DNA from: an uncultured Chloroflexia bacterium | GTDB taxonomy: Bacteria > Chloroflexota > Limnocylindria > Limnocylindrales > CSP1-4 | Assembly (NCBI GenBank): GCA_963776395.1 | Contig: CAVZML010000005.1 | Location: forward strand, 612,254-676,253 | Length of the DNA stretch: 64,000 nt | Direction: 5' to 3' | Part shown: piece by piece, positions 11,959 to 21,573 of the stretch | Numbering within the stretch: the first letter of the stretch is position 1 | How the letters are laid out: the number at the start of each line of letters is the position of its first letter | Notes under the pieces: model-generated | Database searches by the model: none | What the model was told of the DNA's origin: nothing | What the model saw: the letters and a program-made list of their open reading frames with translations, nothing else | Position numbers and translations under genes: made by a program

Positions 11959-12876
11959 ATGGCAGCTTCGTTCCCGGGAGGCGTGTTTCCCGCCCCGCCG
12001 ACCCCTTTCTCCGCCACGGGCGTTGACCGCGAACGCGCGGCGCGGCACGCCCGGTGGTTCCTCGACCGTGGCGCCCATGGGCTGATCATCGCGGGAAGCG
12101 GCGGCGAGTTCATCGCCTTGACCATGGACGAGCGCAAGGCGCTGGTCGAGGCCGTGCTCGAGAGCGTCAACGGCGACGCGCCGGTCATCGTGTCCATCGG
12201 GACGTACGCGACAGGTGCAACCATCGAGCTCGGACTGCACGCCGTGGCGAGTGGCGCGACTGCCGTTCTGGCCACGGCCCCGTACTACATGCAGCCAACG
12301 CCCGCATCGGTCCGGCGCTACTTCTCCGAGATTCGCGCCGCGGTCGACCTGCCGCTGATGTTCTACAACTCGCCCGGCGGGACGGGGATCGACCCGGCCC
12401 CCGCCGACATCGTCGCCATGGTGGACGAGGGCATCCTCCAGGCGGTGAAGCAGTCGTACGCGGACCACTATCACCTCCGCGAGCTCAAGCACGACCTGGG
12501 CGACAGGGCCGCGGTGTTCGCGGGACACGATGCGTCCGCCTTCGAGTGCATGGTCGACGGCGCCGATGGCTGGGTCTCGACCTTCCCCACGATCTTTCCG
12601 CAGCGTGCGCGGCGGCTGTGGGACGCCATCCAGGCGGGAGCTCCGGTGCCCGTCGTGCGGGCGCAATGGGAGGAGGCGCTGCCGTTCATCCGGTTCGTGT
12701 ACGACGCTTCCCTGAAGGTCAGGGGCGAGCCGCACTGGCTGGAGGCGTTCAAGTCGGCGGCGAATCTCGTGGGAATCGACGCGGGTGCGCCGCGACCGCC
12801 GTTCCACCTGCTCGAGGGAGCCGACCTCGAACGGTTGCGCGGGATCGTGGACAGCCTGCGGGAACCGGGAGACTGA
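11959..12876 (+). CDS. dihydrodipicolinate synthase/N-acetylneuraminate lyase (DapA) family aldolase
   Basis: DapA-family length and motifs (GSGGEF..., Schiff-base Lys region AVKQS); the upstream part of ORF 10504..12876 is antisense to the URO-D gene and spurious. Confidence 0.7.
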   Translation: MAASFPGGVFPAPPTPFSATGVDRERAARHARWFLDRGAHGLIIAGSGGEFIALTMDERKALVEAVLESVNGDAPVIVSIGTYATGATIELGLHAVASGATAVLATAPYYMQPTPASVRRYFSEIRAAVDLPLMFYNSPGGTGIDPAPADIVAMVDEGILQAVKQSYADHYHLRELKHDLGDRAAVFAGHDASAFECMVDGADGWVSTFPTIFPQRARRLWDAIQAGAPVPVVRAQWEEALPFIRFVYDASLKVRGEPHWLEAFKSAANLVGIDAGAPRPPFHLLEGADLERLRGIVDSLREPGD

Positions 12877-12877
12877 C

Positions 12878-14129
12878 GTGCGGATCACCTCGGTCACGAC
12901 CGCGGTCGTGCAGGCGAACTTCGACTACACCTTCGTCCGGATCGCCACCGACGAGGGCCTCACCGGCACCGGCGAGTGCTTCACTGCCCCAGCGCTCCCG
13001 CGACTGGTGCGCGAGCTGGGGGAGCTGCTGATCGGCAAGGACCCGGCCCACCCGGTCCCGCTCTGGCGCCGGCTCATGACCGCCGTGTCCGGCACCGGCT
13101 CGAGCTCGGGCGCCGGCATCGCCTACAACGCGATCTCGGGGATCGAGACGGCGCTCTGGGACCTGAATGGCAAGATCGTGGGCGTCCCCGCCGTGCGCCT
13201 GCTGGGCGGCGCATTCCGGGACCGGGTCGAGGTGTACGCCGATCTCCACGGGGGCACCGAGCTCCACAGCATCTCGTCGCTCATGCAGTACCGTCGGCCG
13301 TTCTGGACCACCGAGGACGGCCTCACCCACGTCGGCGGCTTCTACTGGGAGGAGGCCGAGGCAGAAGGGGTGTCGATCGATGCCACGGTGAGCCGCTGCC
13401 GCGAGGCCGTGGGGGCCGGGTTCCGGAACGTGAAGCTGGACCTCGACGTGTTCTCCACGGCGCGTGAGGGCACCAGCCGCAGCGTCACCAGCGCGGACCT
13501 CCGCCGGATGGCCGAGATGGCGATGGCGGTCCGGGCCGCGATCGGGGACGACGTGGGCCTGGCCTTCGACTGCCACTGGCGGTTCGACGTCATGACCGCC
13601 CTCGCTGTCGCCGACGCGGTCGCGCCCGCCCGCCCGCTGTGGCTCGAGGACCCCGTCCCGCCCGATCCCGAGGCGATGGCCGCGGTCACCGCGCGGAGCC
13701 CGGTGCCCACCGCGACCGGCGAGAACACGTACCTCCTCGAGGGCTTCGAGGCGCTCCTCCGGAATCGATCGGCGCCACATCGTCACGCCGGACGTCCAGA
13801 AGGCCGGTGGCATGGCCGAATGTGTGAGGATCGGCGACCTGGCCGCGCGTCACTTCGTCCCGTTCGCGCCGCACTGCATTGCCAGCCCGCTCGGGTTGAT
13901 CGCGGCCGCGCACGTCTGCGCGGCCCTGCCCAACCATCTCTGCCTCGAGTTCCACGGCTCCGATGTCCCGTTCTGGGACGAGCTCGTGGTGGGCTCCAAC
14001 CCGGTGATCCAGGACGGTGCGGTGGCGATCCCCGACGGGCCCGGTCTCGGCGTGGAGCTCGACATGGCGGTCGTTCGGCGATACTCGGCGCCAGGCGAGC
14101 CGGTATTCGAGGAGCCGCCCGCGCGCTGA
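12878..14129 (+). CDS. enolase-superfamily (mandelate racemase/muconate lactonising enzyme, MR/MLE) sugar-acid dehydratase-like protein, apparent frameshift near 13775
   Basis: GTG start right after the DapA stop; N-terminal MR/MLE capping domain, then ATGENTYLLEGF; the C-terminal barrel continues in a different frame as ORF 13812..14129 (MAECVRIGDLAARHFVPFAPH...). Confidence 0.65.
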
Positions 14130-14158
14130 AAGGGAATCCGTCGAATGGAGCGTCGACG

Positions 14159-14974
14159 ATGACGGGTCGCGCGTGGTTTGCAGGCAGGACGGCGATCGTG
14201 ACCGGCGCGTCGCGTGGCATCGGTCGCGCGATCGCGGAGCGCTTCGCCGACGAGGGGGCGTCGCTCGTCCTGACGGCGACCTCGAGCAGCCGGCTCGACG
14301 ACGTCGTGAACGCATGCCGCGAGCGAGGCGTCGCGGCGGAGGGTGTCGCCGGCGACCTGGCCGACCCTGACCTTCCGGCTCGACTCGTCGAGGTCGCCGT
14401 CCGGGCGTTCGGATCGGTCGACATCGTCGTATGCAATGCGTTCTGGGACGAGACTCGCCCGGTCACCGCGGCGACGCTCGACGGGTGGGACCGGACGCTC
14501 CGGGTCTCGCTGACGGCTCCGATGCTCCTGGCGCAGGCGGCGCTGCCGGGGATGGTGGCCCGCGGCTCGGGATCGATCGTGCTCATCGGCTCGATGCGCG
14601 GGGTGGCGTCCGGACACGGGTATGCGGCCTACGAATCCGCCAAGGCCGGCCTGCTCGGGCTGACCCGCTCGATCGCGGTCGACTACGGGCCCAGCGGGAT
14701 CCGCTGCAACTGCGTATGCCCGGGCCTGATCCTGTCGGAACGGGCCGTCGACTGGTATGCCGCGAAGCCCTGGCGCAGGGACGCGATGGACGCCGTGGTC
14801 CCGTTGGGCCGTCCGGGAATGCCCTCGGAGGTCGCCAGCGTTGTCGCGTTCGTCGCCTCGGACGAGGCGTCGTTTGTCAACGGGGCGACCCTCTGGGTCG
14901 ACGGCGGCAACGGGGCGTCGCTGCCCGAGAACGCGGCGCTGGAGCTCGCCCGACGGGCGGCGGAGTCACAGTGA
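14159..14974 (+). CDS. SDR-family oxidoreductase
   Basis: TGASRGIG cofactor motif and YAAYESAKA catalytic YxxxK. Confidence 0.85.
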   Translation: MTGRAWFAGRTAIVTGASRGIGRAIAERFADEGASLVLTATSSSRLDDVVNACRERGVAAEGVAGDLADPDLPARLVEVAVRAFGSVDIVVCNAFWDETRPVTAATLDGWDRTLRVSLTAPMLLAQAALPGMVARGSGSIVLIGSMRGVASGHGYAAYESAKAGLLGLTRSIAVDYGPSGIRCNCVCPGLILSERAVDWYAAKPWRRDAMDAVVPLGRPGMPSEVASVVAFVASDEASFVNGATLWVDGGNGASLPENAALELARRAAESQ

Positions 14975-14988
14975 TCGACACCGGTCGC

Positions 14989-16191
14989 CTAGGTCGTGCG
15001 TCGGACGTGGGTGGTCGGGCGATCCAGCAGGTCGGGCGCCAGGCGCACGCCGTGGCCGGGACCGGGATCCGGCGTCAGGGATCCATCCAGCAGCAGCGGC
15101 AGCCCGACCGCGACGTCGCGGTACCAGCCGCGGTAATAGGCGCGCACGATCTCCTGCAGGAACGCGTTCTCGACGCTCAGCGACACGTGGACGCCGACGG
15201 CGAGGTTGACCGGGCCCGTGCAGTCGTGAAGCCCGAACGGAATCGAGTGGACGGCGGCCAGCTCGGCGATCCGCCGCGCCTCGGTCACGCCGCCGCACCA
15301 GGTCGCGTCGGACAGCGCGATCCCTACGGCTCCCGAGGCGAGCAGCTCGCGCTGGCGAAACCGGCTGCCGATATTCTCGCCGGCCGCGATCGGAATCCTG
15401 GTCGACCTCGCCAGCTCCGCGAGCGCGTCGATGTTGTCATTCCGCACGGGATCTTCGATCCACAGGGGGTCGAACCGTTCGACGGCCGCGACGATGCGCT
15501 TCGCCGCGGGCAGCAGCCAGCGCGAGCGCATCTCGATCGCGATCTCCATCCGGTTGCCCACGGCCGCCCTGATCCGCTCGAGGATCGCCACGCCACCGTC
15601 GATCACCGCGCGGCTCGCGAGCTGGCCGCCGTCGGTGTCGAGGGTCGCGTCGAAGGGCCAGATCTTCATCGCGTCGATGTGCTCCGCGAGCAGGCTCTCG
15701 GCCAATGCCTCGGGCGCGTTGAGGAACGCCCACAGGTCCTCGTCCCGACCGCCCGGGGTCTCGATCCCGAACAGGCTGTCCCCGGGCCGCAGGCGGGTGG
15801 ACTGGTAGCGCGGCCCGGCGCACGTGTTGTAGGCGCGGACCGAGTCGCGGACCTTGCCGCCGAGGAGCTGCCAGAGCGGGAGCCCCGTCCTCTGCCCGAA
15901 CACGTCCCAGAGCGCGATGTCGATCGCCGACGCGCCGCGGGCCTCTGCGCCGACGCCCTTGCGCGACCACAGGCGGTACAGCGCGCCCCAGTGGGCAGTG
16001 ATCTGGAGGGCATCCCGCCCTACGAGGTACGGCGCGGCCGTCTCGTGGATGTATGCCGCGACCGCGTCGGCGCCAAAGAACGTCTCGCCCAGGCCGACCA
16101 CCCCGTCGTCGGTCTCCGCGAGCACCCACAGCACGTTCGGCTGGCTGTCGATCTGCACCGTTGCGATCGACCGGATCGTCGTGCCTTTCAT
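14989..16191 (-). CDS. enolase-superfamily (MR/MLE) dehydratase-like protein, second paralog
   Basis: Start at MKGTTIRSIATVQ; MR/MLE pattern with metal-ligand regions (IEDP, AAGEN). Confidence 0.7.
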   Translation of the reverse strand: MKGTTIRSIATVQIDSQPNVLWVLAETDDGVVGLGETFFGADAVAAYIHETAAPYLVGRDALQITAHWGALYRLWSRKGVGAEARGASAIDIALWDVFGQRTGLPLWQLLGGKVRDSVRAYNTCAGPRYQSTRLRPGDSLFGIETPGGRDEDLWAFLNAPEALAESLLAEHIDAMKIWPFDATLDTDGGQLASRAVIDGGVAILERIRAAVGNRMEIAIEMRSRWLLPAAKRIVAAVERFDPLWIEDPVRNDNIDALAELARSTRIPIAAGENIGSRFRQRELLASGAVGIALSDATWCGGVTEARRIAELAAVHSIPFGLHDCTGPVNLAVGVHVSLSVENAFLQEIVRAYYRGWYRDVAVGLPLLLDGSLTPDPGPGHGVRLAPDLLDRPTTHVRRTT

Positions 16192-16256
16192 GGGGCCCTC
16201 CAGGCTGCTCGTGGCGACGCCGATCATAGGGGGACGGCGCCGGTGGTCGGAGCTCC

Positions 16257-17099
16257 ATGAGCGACGCGGGGCGAGCAGCGGGCCGCACGCTGACGATCCG
16301 CTGGCTCGGCCAGGCGGGCTTCGTGCTCTCGGCGGGTGGACCGCGGGTGATGGTGGACCCGTGGCTGTCGGCTCACCCGCTCCGGGCACGCCGTGCTCCG
16401 GAGCTTGCGAGCGTGCCCGATGGCGTCCGGTGGCTGCTCGCGACGCATGAGCACCCCGACCATCTCGACCTCGGGGCGCTGCCGCGGCTCGTCGACCGGT
16501 TCCCCGACCTGCGGATCGTCGTCCCCGAGCCGCTCCGCGAACGGGTCGAGGCGGCCGCGCCGCGGGCGCTGGTTCACGGGGTCCAGCCCGGCGACAGGCT
16601 CGACCTCGGGGCCGCTGAGGTTTCGGTGGTCCACGCCTGGCACGGGGTGGTCGTCGCGGACGGGTACACCGACGGGCACGGCCTGCGCGTCGACGGGCAG
16701 ACGCCGTTCGTGGGCTACGTGCTGGACTTCGGAGAGGTGACCGTCTACCACGCGGGCGACACGGTTCTCGGGCCGGGGCTCGTCGACGAGCTGCGATCGC
16801 TCGGGGTCGGGGTGGCGCTTCTGCCGGTCAACGGGCGGGACCAGGCTCGCGAGGACGCCGGCATCCTCGGCAACCTCGACCCCGCCGAGGCGGTCACGCT
16901 GGCCACGGCGATCGGCGCCCGGGTCCTCGTCCCGATGCATCACGACATGGTCCGGGGGAACCGGGGCCGGGCCTCGCGCGTGGTCGACGCGGCAGCGCGG
17001 GCCGGCGCCCCTCTGGCCGTCCTTCTCCCTGCCCCGGCGATCGATGTCGAGATCGGCCCGGCCATGATGCGGCCGCCGAAGCGGAGCGAGGATCGATGA
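16257..17099 (+). CDS. MBL-fold metallo-hydrolase (possible sugar lactonase)
   Basis: HxHxDH motif THEHPDH; 280 aa; ATGA overlap with the next gene. Confidence 0.75.
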   Translation: MSDAGRAAGRTLTIRWLGQAGFVLSAGGPRVMVDPWLSAHPLRARRAPELASVPDGVRWLLATHEHPDHLDLGALPRLVDRFPDLRIVVPEPLRERVEAAAPRALVHGVQPGDRLDLGAAEVSVVHAWHGVVVADGYTDGHGLRVDGQTPFVGYVLDFGEVTVYHAGDTVLGPGLVDELRSLGVGVALLPVNGRDQAREDAGILGNLDPAEAVTLATAIGARVLVPMHHDMVRGNRGRASRVVDAAARAGAPLAVLLPAPAIDVEIGPAMMRPPKRSEDR

Positions 17100-18055
17100 A
17101 CCCCGTGGTCGGCGAATCGCCTCGCACCTGGACCTGGGACTCGGCCCTCACTGGCGTCGTACCGCCGGTTATCTCGCCGCTGTCCGTCTCCGGACGCCCG
17201 GACCGTGGTGCCCTGGGTCGGGTGATCGGGCATGTCCTCGACCACGGGTGCAGCGGCCTGTTCGTGCTCGGCGGGTGCGGCGAAGGAGCGTGGCTGACGA
17301 CGGCCCAGCGCGGCCAGGTGATCCGAAGGGCGGTCGAGGTGTCGGCCGGTCGCGCGCCCGTACTCGTCGGCGTGATGCTGCCGGCGACGGGTCCGGCGGC
17401 GGAGGCCGCCCGCCAGGCCGAGGCGGAGGGAGCCGACGCCGTGGTGGCAGGCTCGCCGTACTATGGCGCTTCTTCCGCCCTGGCCCAGGAGCGCCACATC
17501 GAGGAGATCCTGCGCGCCGTCTCCCTGCCGGTTCTGCTGTACAACATCCCGCAGGCGACCCATAACCCGGTCCTCCCGGCGACTGCCCGCCGGCTCGCCC
17601 GGGAGCCGCGCGTCCTGGGCATCAAGGACTCGGCCGGGGACCTGGGTGGTCTCATCGGGTTCCTGGGCATCAAGGAGATGCGCCCGTCGTTCCGGGTGCT
17701 GCAAGGCAGCGAGCACGGCGCGTCGTCGAGCCTCCTCCTCGGCGCCGACGGGCTGGTGCCGGGCATGGCGAACTTTGCGCCGGGGTTGTTCGTGGCGCTC
17801 CGCGCCGCAGCGGCGGCCGGCGACGCCGAGCGCTGTCGGAGCCTCCAGGCGGAGATCAGCGATCTCTGGACCCTCCACCTCCAGGGTCACTGGCTGACCG
17901 CGCTGAAGGCGGCATGCGCCCTCGTCGGGCTGGGCAACGGCATCCCCAGCCCGCCGCTGCGCCCCGTCACCCAGGAGGAGCGGCGCGCGATCGCCGCGAT
18001 CCTCGAGCGTCACTCGTTGCTCACCCGAGCGTCGCGGCCGCTCACCCGGGCGTAG
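17096..18055 (+). CDS. DapA-family aldolase, second paralog
   Basis: DapA family pattern including GIKDSAGD (Schiff-base Lys). Confidence 0.7.
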   Translation: MNPVVGESPRTWTWDSALTGVVPPVISPLSVSGRPDRGALGRVIGHVLDHGCSGLFVLGGCGEGAWLTTAQRGQVIRRAVEVSAGRAPVLVGVMLPATGPAAEAARQAEAEGADAVVAGSPYYGASSALAQERHIEEILRAVSLPVLLYNIPQATHNPVLPATARRLAREPRVLGIKDSAGDLGGLIGFLGIKEMRPSFRVLQGSEHGASSSLLLGADGLVPGMANFAPGLFVALRAAAAAGDAERCRSLQAEISDLWTLHLQGHWLTALKAACALVGLGNGIPSPPLRPVTQEERRAIAAILERHSLLTRASRPLTRA

Positions 18056-18120
18056 CGGCCGGGGCTTGCCACTGCCGGCGCCTGGTCGAGGTTACCCATC
18101 GACCGGGCCGGCCGGCCGTC

Positions 18121-18918
18121 CTACTCCGCGAGCATCACGGCTTCGGCGGGGGGCACAAGGTCGTGGATCACGGCCTTGAATGCCTCGACCGCGCCGGTGA
18201 CGTTCTCGAAGCCCCAAACGTTGCGGCCGATCGTGGCGCCGCGCGCGCCCGCCTCGATGATGTTGCGAGCCACCTCCAGTGCAGCGAGGAGCGTGCTCGT
18301 CTTGGGACCGCCGGCGGCTACCAGCGGCGTGGGGCAGTCGGCGACGATCTGGCGATAGGCCTCGAGGTCCCCGCAGTACGGCACCTTGACGATGTCGGGA
18401 CCACACTCGACGGCGCATCGGACGGCCCATGCGATGTCATCGGGGTCGAAGATGATGTGCGGCGAGCCGTCGAAGCTGCGCGGGTAGACGTGGCAGACGA
18501 CCGGCAGCTCGTACCGCGCCGCGTCGCGCACGACATCGGACACCAGGCGCAGGTAGCCTGCCTCCGATGGCCCTCGCAGGAATGCCACGACCGCGATCGC
18601 GTCCGCCCCCAGGCGGACGGCTTCCTCGGCCGTCGCCACGATCTCGAATGCCGTGTCGTCCGGGCGGACGATGCAGCTCTGAACGATCAGCGGGATCGTC
18701 CCCGCGTACGGCTCCCAGATGTGGGCCGCCGGGCCCTTGTGCATGGTGATGGCGTCGGGGCGGCCGGCGGCGAGCGCCGCGATGGTTGGCGCGAGGTGCC
18801 TGAGGCCCGCCGGCATCCCGTCCCCGTAGCCGATGTAGTGGTCGACGGCAACCGAACACAGGCGTCCGGACGGGTGCGAGAACAGGCGGTTCAGCCGCGT
18901 GCTCTTGCCTGTGGTCAC
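18121..18918 (-). CDS. class I aldolase of the DeoC/FbaB (DhnA/LsrF) family
   Basis: 265-aa TIM-barrel aldolase pattern with DIVKVPY (catalytic Lys). Confidence 0.65.
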   Translation of the reverse strand: MTTGKSTRLNRLFSHPSGRLCSVAVDHYIGYGDGMPAGLRHLAPTIAALAAGRPDAITMHKGPAAHIWEPYAGTIPLIVQSCIVRPDDTAFEIVATAEEAVRLGADAIAVVAFLRGPSEAGYLRLVSDVVRDAARYELPVVCHVYPRSFDGSPHIIFDPDDIAWAVRCAVECGPDIVKVPYCGDLEAYRQIVADCPTPLVAAGGPKTSTLLAALEVARNIIEAGARGATIGRNVWGFENVTGAVEAFKAVIHDLVPPAEAVMLAE

Positions 18919-19008
18919 GAGGTCGCCCCCGGGAGATGCGAGACTCCGGTGCTGGCTTGCTCCATGTTGTCCTCCGCGGTTCGATGGTTCTGACTGCCGG
19001 ATTCCCGG

Positions 19009-20085
19009 TCAGGCCGCGCCAATGGCGGTGTCTGTGGGCTCGGAAGCGCGACGGATGGCCGAGGGTCGATCGGGTCCCGGGGGCGGTGCACATGACTCGC
19101 GCACCACCAGCTCTGGCAGGAACACCTGGTTTGCCGGTTCGTCCGCACCCGGAGGCCGCCCAACGAGCGCGATGGCCGCCGCGACTGCAGCGCTCGCCAT
19201 CTCGACCGCCGGGATGCGCACCGTCGTCAGGGGCGGGATCATGTAGCCGGAGAGGGAGAGGTCATCGAAGCCCGTGAGCGACAGGTCGCCGGGAATGTCG
19301 AGTCCGATGCGGTAGGCGGCGTTCAACGCTCCAATCGCGATCAGGTCGGTCGCGGCCATCACAGCCGTCGGCGGCACGCGCAGGGCCGCGAGCGAACGCA
19401 GCCCCGCCCCTCCGCTCGCGGGGTTGTTCTCGGTGGCGACGTCGTAGCCGCGGTGAAACTCGAGGTGGTTGGCGAGCGTCAGCTCGAGGAACGCGGTATG
19501 GCGGGCCGGAAAGTCGCCGTACAGTCGTGGTCCGAGGTAGGCGATCCGCGTGTGACCGAGCCCGACCAGGTATTCCATGACTGCCGCGATGCCGTGGTGA
19601 TCATCGACATCGACGGCGGCGACGCCCACATCGCGCCGCGATCCCCGCGAGAGGCTCACCGTCGGCACCCGGGACTCGCCGAGCTCGCGCAGCACCCGCG
19701 GCTGGTCGCGCATGTCGCCGAGGAGGATGATCGCGTCGCAGTGGCGGGTCTCGAGGACGGCCTTCAGGGCGACGGCCTCGCGGGCTCTGCCGCGTGCATG
19801 CCCCAGGACCACGTTGTAGCCGCGATCGCGCGCAGCCGTGCTCACGGCCTCCACGAGGCCAGGAAAGAATGGGTCGGTAATGTCGCCGACGATGACGCCG
19901 AGGAGCATCGTCCTGGCGCCGCGGAGGGCCCGTGCCACAGGATTGGGCTCGAAGCCCAGGCCGCGGGCGACCTCCACGACGCGATCCCGCGTGTCGGCGC
20001 CGATCCGGACGGTAGGCGGGGCCCCACTGAGGACTCGCGACACGGTGCTCTGCGATACGCCCGCGACCCGGGCGATGTCCTTCAT
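19009..20085 (-). CDS. LacI-family transcriptional regulator
   Basis: N-terminal HTH MKDIARVAGVSQSTVSRVLSG plus periplasmic-binding-like core; the long upstream extension in the ORF track is spurious. Confidence 0.85.
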   Translation of the reverse strand: MKDIARVAGVSQSTVSRVLSGAPPTVRIGADTRDRVVEVARGLGFEPNPVARALRGARTMLLGVIVGDITDPFFPGLVEAVSTAARDRGYNVVLGHARGRAREAVALKAVLETRHCDAIILLGDMRDQPRVLRELGESRVPTVSLSRGSRRDVGVAAVDVDDHHGIAAVMEYLVGLGHTRIAYLGPRLYGDFPARHTAFLELTLANHLEFHRGYDVATENNPASGGAGLRSLAALRVPPTAVMAATDLIAIGALNAAYRIGLDIPGDLSLTGFDDLSLSGYMIPPLTTVRIPAVEMASAAVAAAIALVGRPPGADEPANQVFLPELVVRESCAPPPGPDRPSAIRRASEPTDTAIGAA

Positions 20086-20256
20086 CGTGACCTCGCGAGC
20101 CGTGTCGGGGCGGCGGAGGATGCCCGACACGCGAACAGGTTCGTCGGTCACGGCCGGTCCTCGGGGAGGGCCGCAGGGAGTGCCCGATGCGCGCCCGTCC
20201 CGACCCGAGCCTGACTGTACGGCCCAGGGTCGTTCTGCGACGAGGAGGCGGGAGGC

Positions 20257-20345
20257 TGGATGTCGCGACCGGGGCACGTCGCGGACCCGCGAATGTCGCG
20301 CAGAAGACGTGTTGACAGCCTCATTGGCGTGAGCATACGATTGCA
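20257..20345 (+). promoter_or_regulatory. candidate LacI operator(s) (GTCGCGAC palindrome and AATGTCGCGCAG half-site) and a sigma70-like promoter (TTGACA-17-ATACGAT) upstream of the ABC transporter
   Basis: Direct reading of the intergenic region; relatively AT-rich patch in a GC-rich genome. Confidence 0.4.
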
Positions 20346-20479
20346 CGGCTTCGCGGTCAAGACCGCCAAGACGGTCGGTTGACGACCGAGGGCCGCCTGA
20401 CGGTCCATGTGTGACCGGCGGCGATGCCCCGCACGTCCGAGGCAGGTGACTACCCCGGACCGAGAGGAGGGCCATTCGG

Positions 20480-21526
20480 ATGAGACGGCCTCGGATGCTG
20501 ATGGCGTCGCTCGCGACGGTGGTGCTGGTTGCGGCCTGTGGCTCGGCGTCGAGCCCGGCACCGGCCACGCCTGCGGCAACGGCCGCGCCGACGGCTGCGG
20601 CCACGGCTGCGGCCACGGCGGCCGCCACCGCGGAGGCAACGGTCGCACCGTCGGCCGCGGCGCTGGCGAACATCTGGTATGTCAACCCGCTTCCCAGCAC
20701 CCCCGACTGGGGCCGGTCCACGAAGCTCTTCAATGATGCTGCTGCGACCATCGGCTACAAGGCCACCGCCGTGGGGCCGGACAAGATCGACATCCCCACG
20801 ATGGTCAGCAACATCGAGCAGGCAATCGCCGACAAGGCCGATGGCATCATCACCTGCCCGCTCGACCCGGCAGCGTTCAAGGACGTCATCGACAAGGCAC
20901 AGGCCGCCGGTATCGTCGTTGCCTCCATCGGCTGCGTCGACGACAACGCCGACTTCTCGGTCGGCACCGACAACACCGCCTACGGCCAGGTCGCCGCGGA
21001 CTACATCGCGGCCGCCAACCCGAAGGCCCAGGTCGGCATCCTCGGGACCGACCAGACCACGCCGAACCAGGTCAAGCAGGTCGAGGCCTTCAAGGCGCAG
21101 ATCGCCGCGAAGTATCCCGACATGAAGGTCCTCACCTGGGAGGGCGACAACAGCGACGCCGGCGTCGCTGCCCAGAAGATCCCGGCCATGATCCAGGCCT
21201 ACCCGGCGATGGACTACCTGTGGATCATCGAGGGAGCCGCCCCGGGCGCCGTCGAGTCCTCGTTCAAGGAAGCCAATGTCCCCGCGGGCAAGATCGGCGT
21301 CCTCGCCATCGACGCCCAGGACTCCACCCTCCAGGGCATCACCGACGGCTACATCAGCGCCACGTTGAACCAGTGCTGGTTCAACGCCTCGCCGCAGGCC
21401 GCCAAGCGCATCATTGAGGCGAAGGCCGGCAAGGCATCGCCGCAGTTCGTTCCCATCCAGGTCGACCCGGTAAGCAAGGACCGGCTGCCCTATACCGGCT
21501 GCCCGGCATCCTTCACCGACTACTGA
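20480..21526 (+). CDS. sugar ABC transporter substrate-binding lipoprotein (periplasmic binding protein, RbsB/FrcB-like)
   Basis: Lipobox LVAACGS; Ala/Thr/Pro-rich linker; type-I PBP pattern. Confidence 0.8.
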   Translation: MRRPRMLMASLATVVLVAACGSASSPAPATPAATAAPTAAATAAATAAATAEATVAPSAAALANIWYVNPLPSTPDWGRSTKLFNDAAATIGYKATAVGPDKIDIPTMVSNIEQAIADKADGIITCPLDPAAFKDVIDKAQAAGIVVASIGCVDDNADFSVGTDNTAYGQVAADYIAAANPKAQVGILGTDQTTPNQVKQVEAFKAQIAAKYPDMKVLTWEGDNSDAGVAAQKIPAMIQAYPAMDYLWIIEGAAPGAVESSFKEANVPAGKIGVLAIDAQDSTLQGITDGYISATLNQCWFNASPQAAKRIIEAKAGKASPQFVPIQVDPVSKDRLPYTGCPASFTDY

Positions 21527-21573
21527 GCCGTCGGGCTCGTTCCACGCACGAACGCTGAGGTCGGAGGGTTCGG

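Noticed and set aside
14431-16260. 609-aa plus-strand ORF
   Set aside because: It is antisense to the SDR 3' end and the second enolase-superfamily gene. It is Arg/Gly/Asp low-complexity.
18056-18120. GC-rich convergent intergenic region between the DapA-like and aldolase genes, considered as a bidirectional terminator
   Set aside because: No clear stem-loop with a U-tract could be defined by eye.
19009-20751. 580-aa version of the LacI ORF
   Set aside because: Only the last 359 codons (from MKDIARVAGVS) are LacI-like. The upstream 220 codons are Ala/Val/Gly low-complexity read-through into the promoter region.
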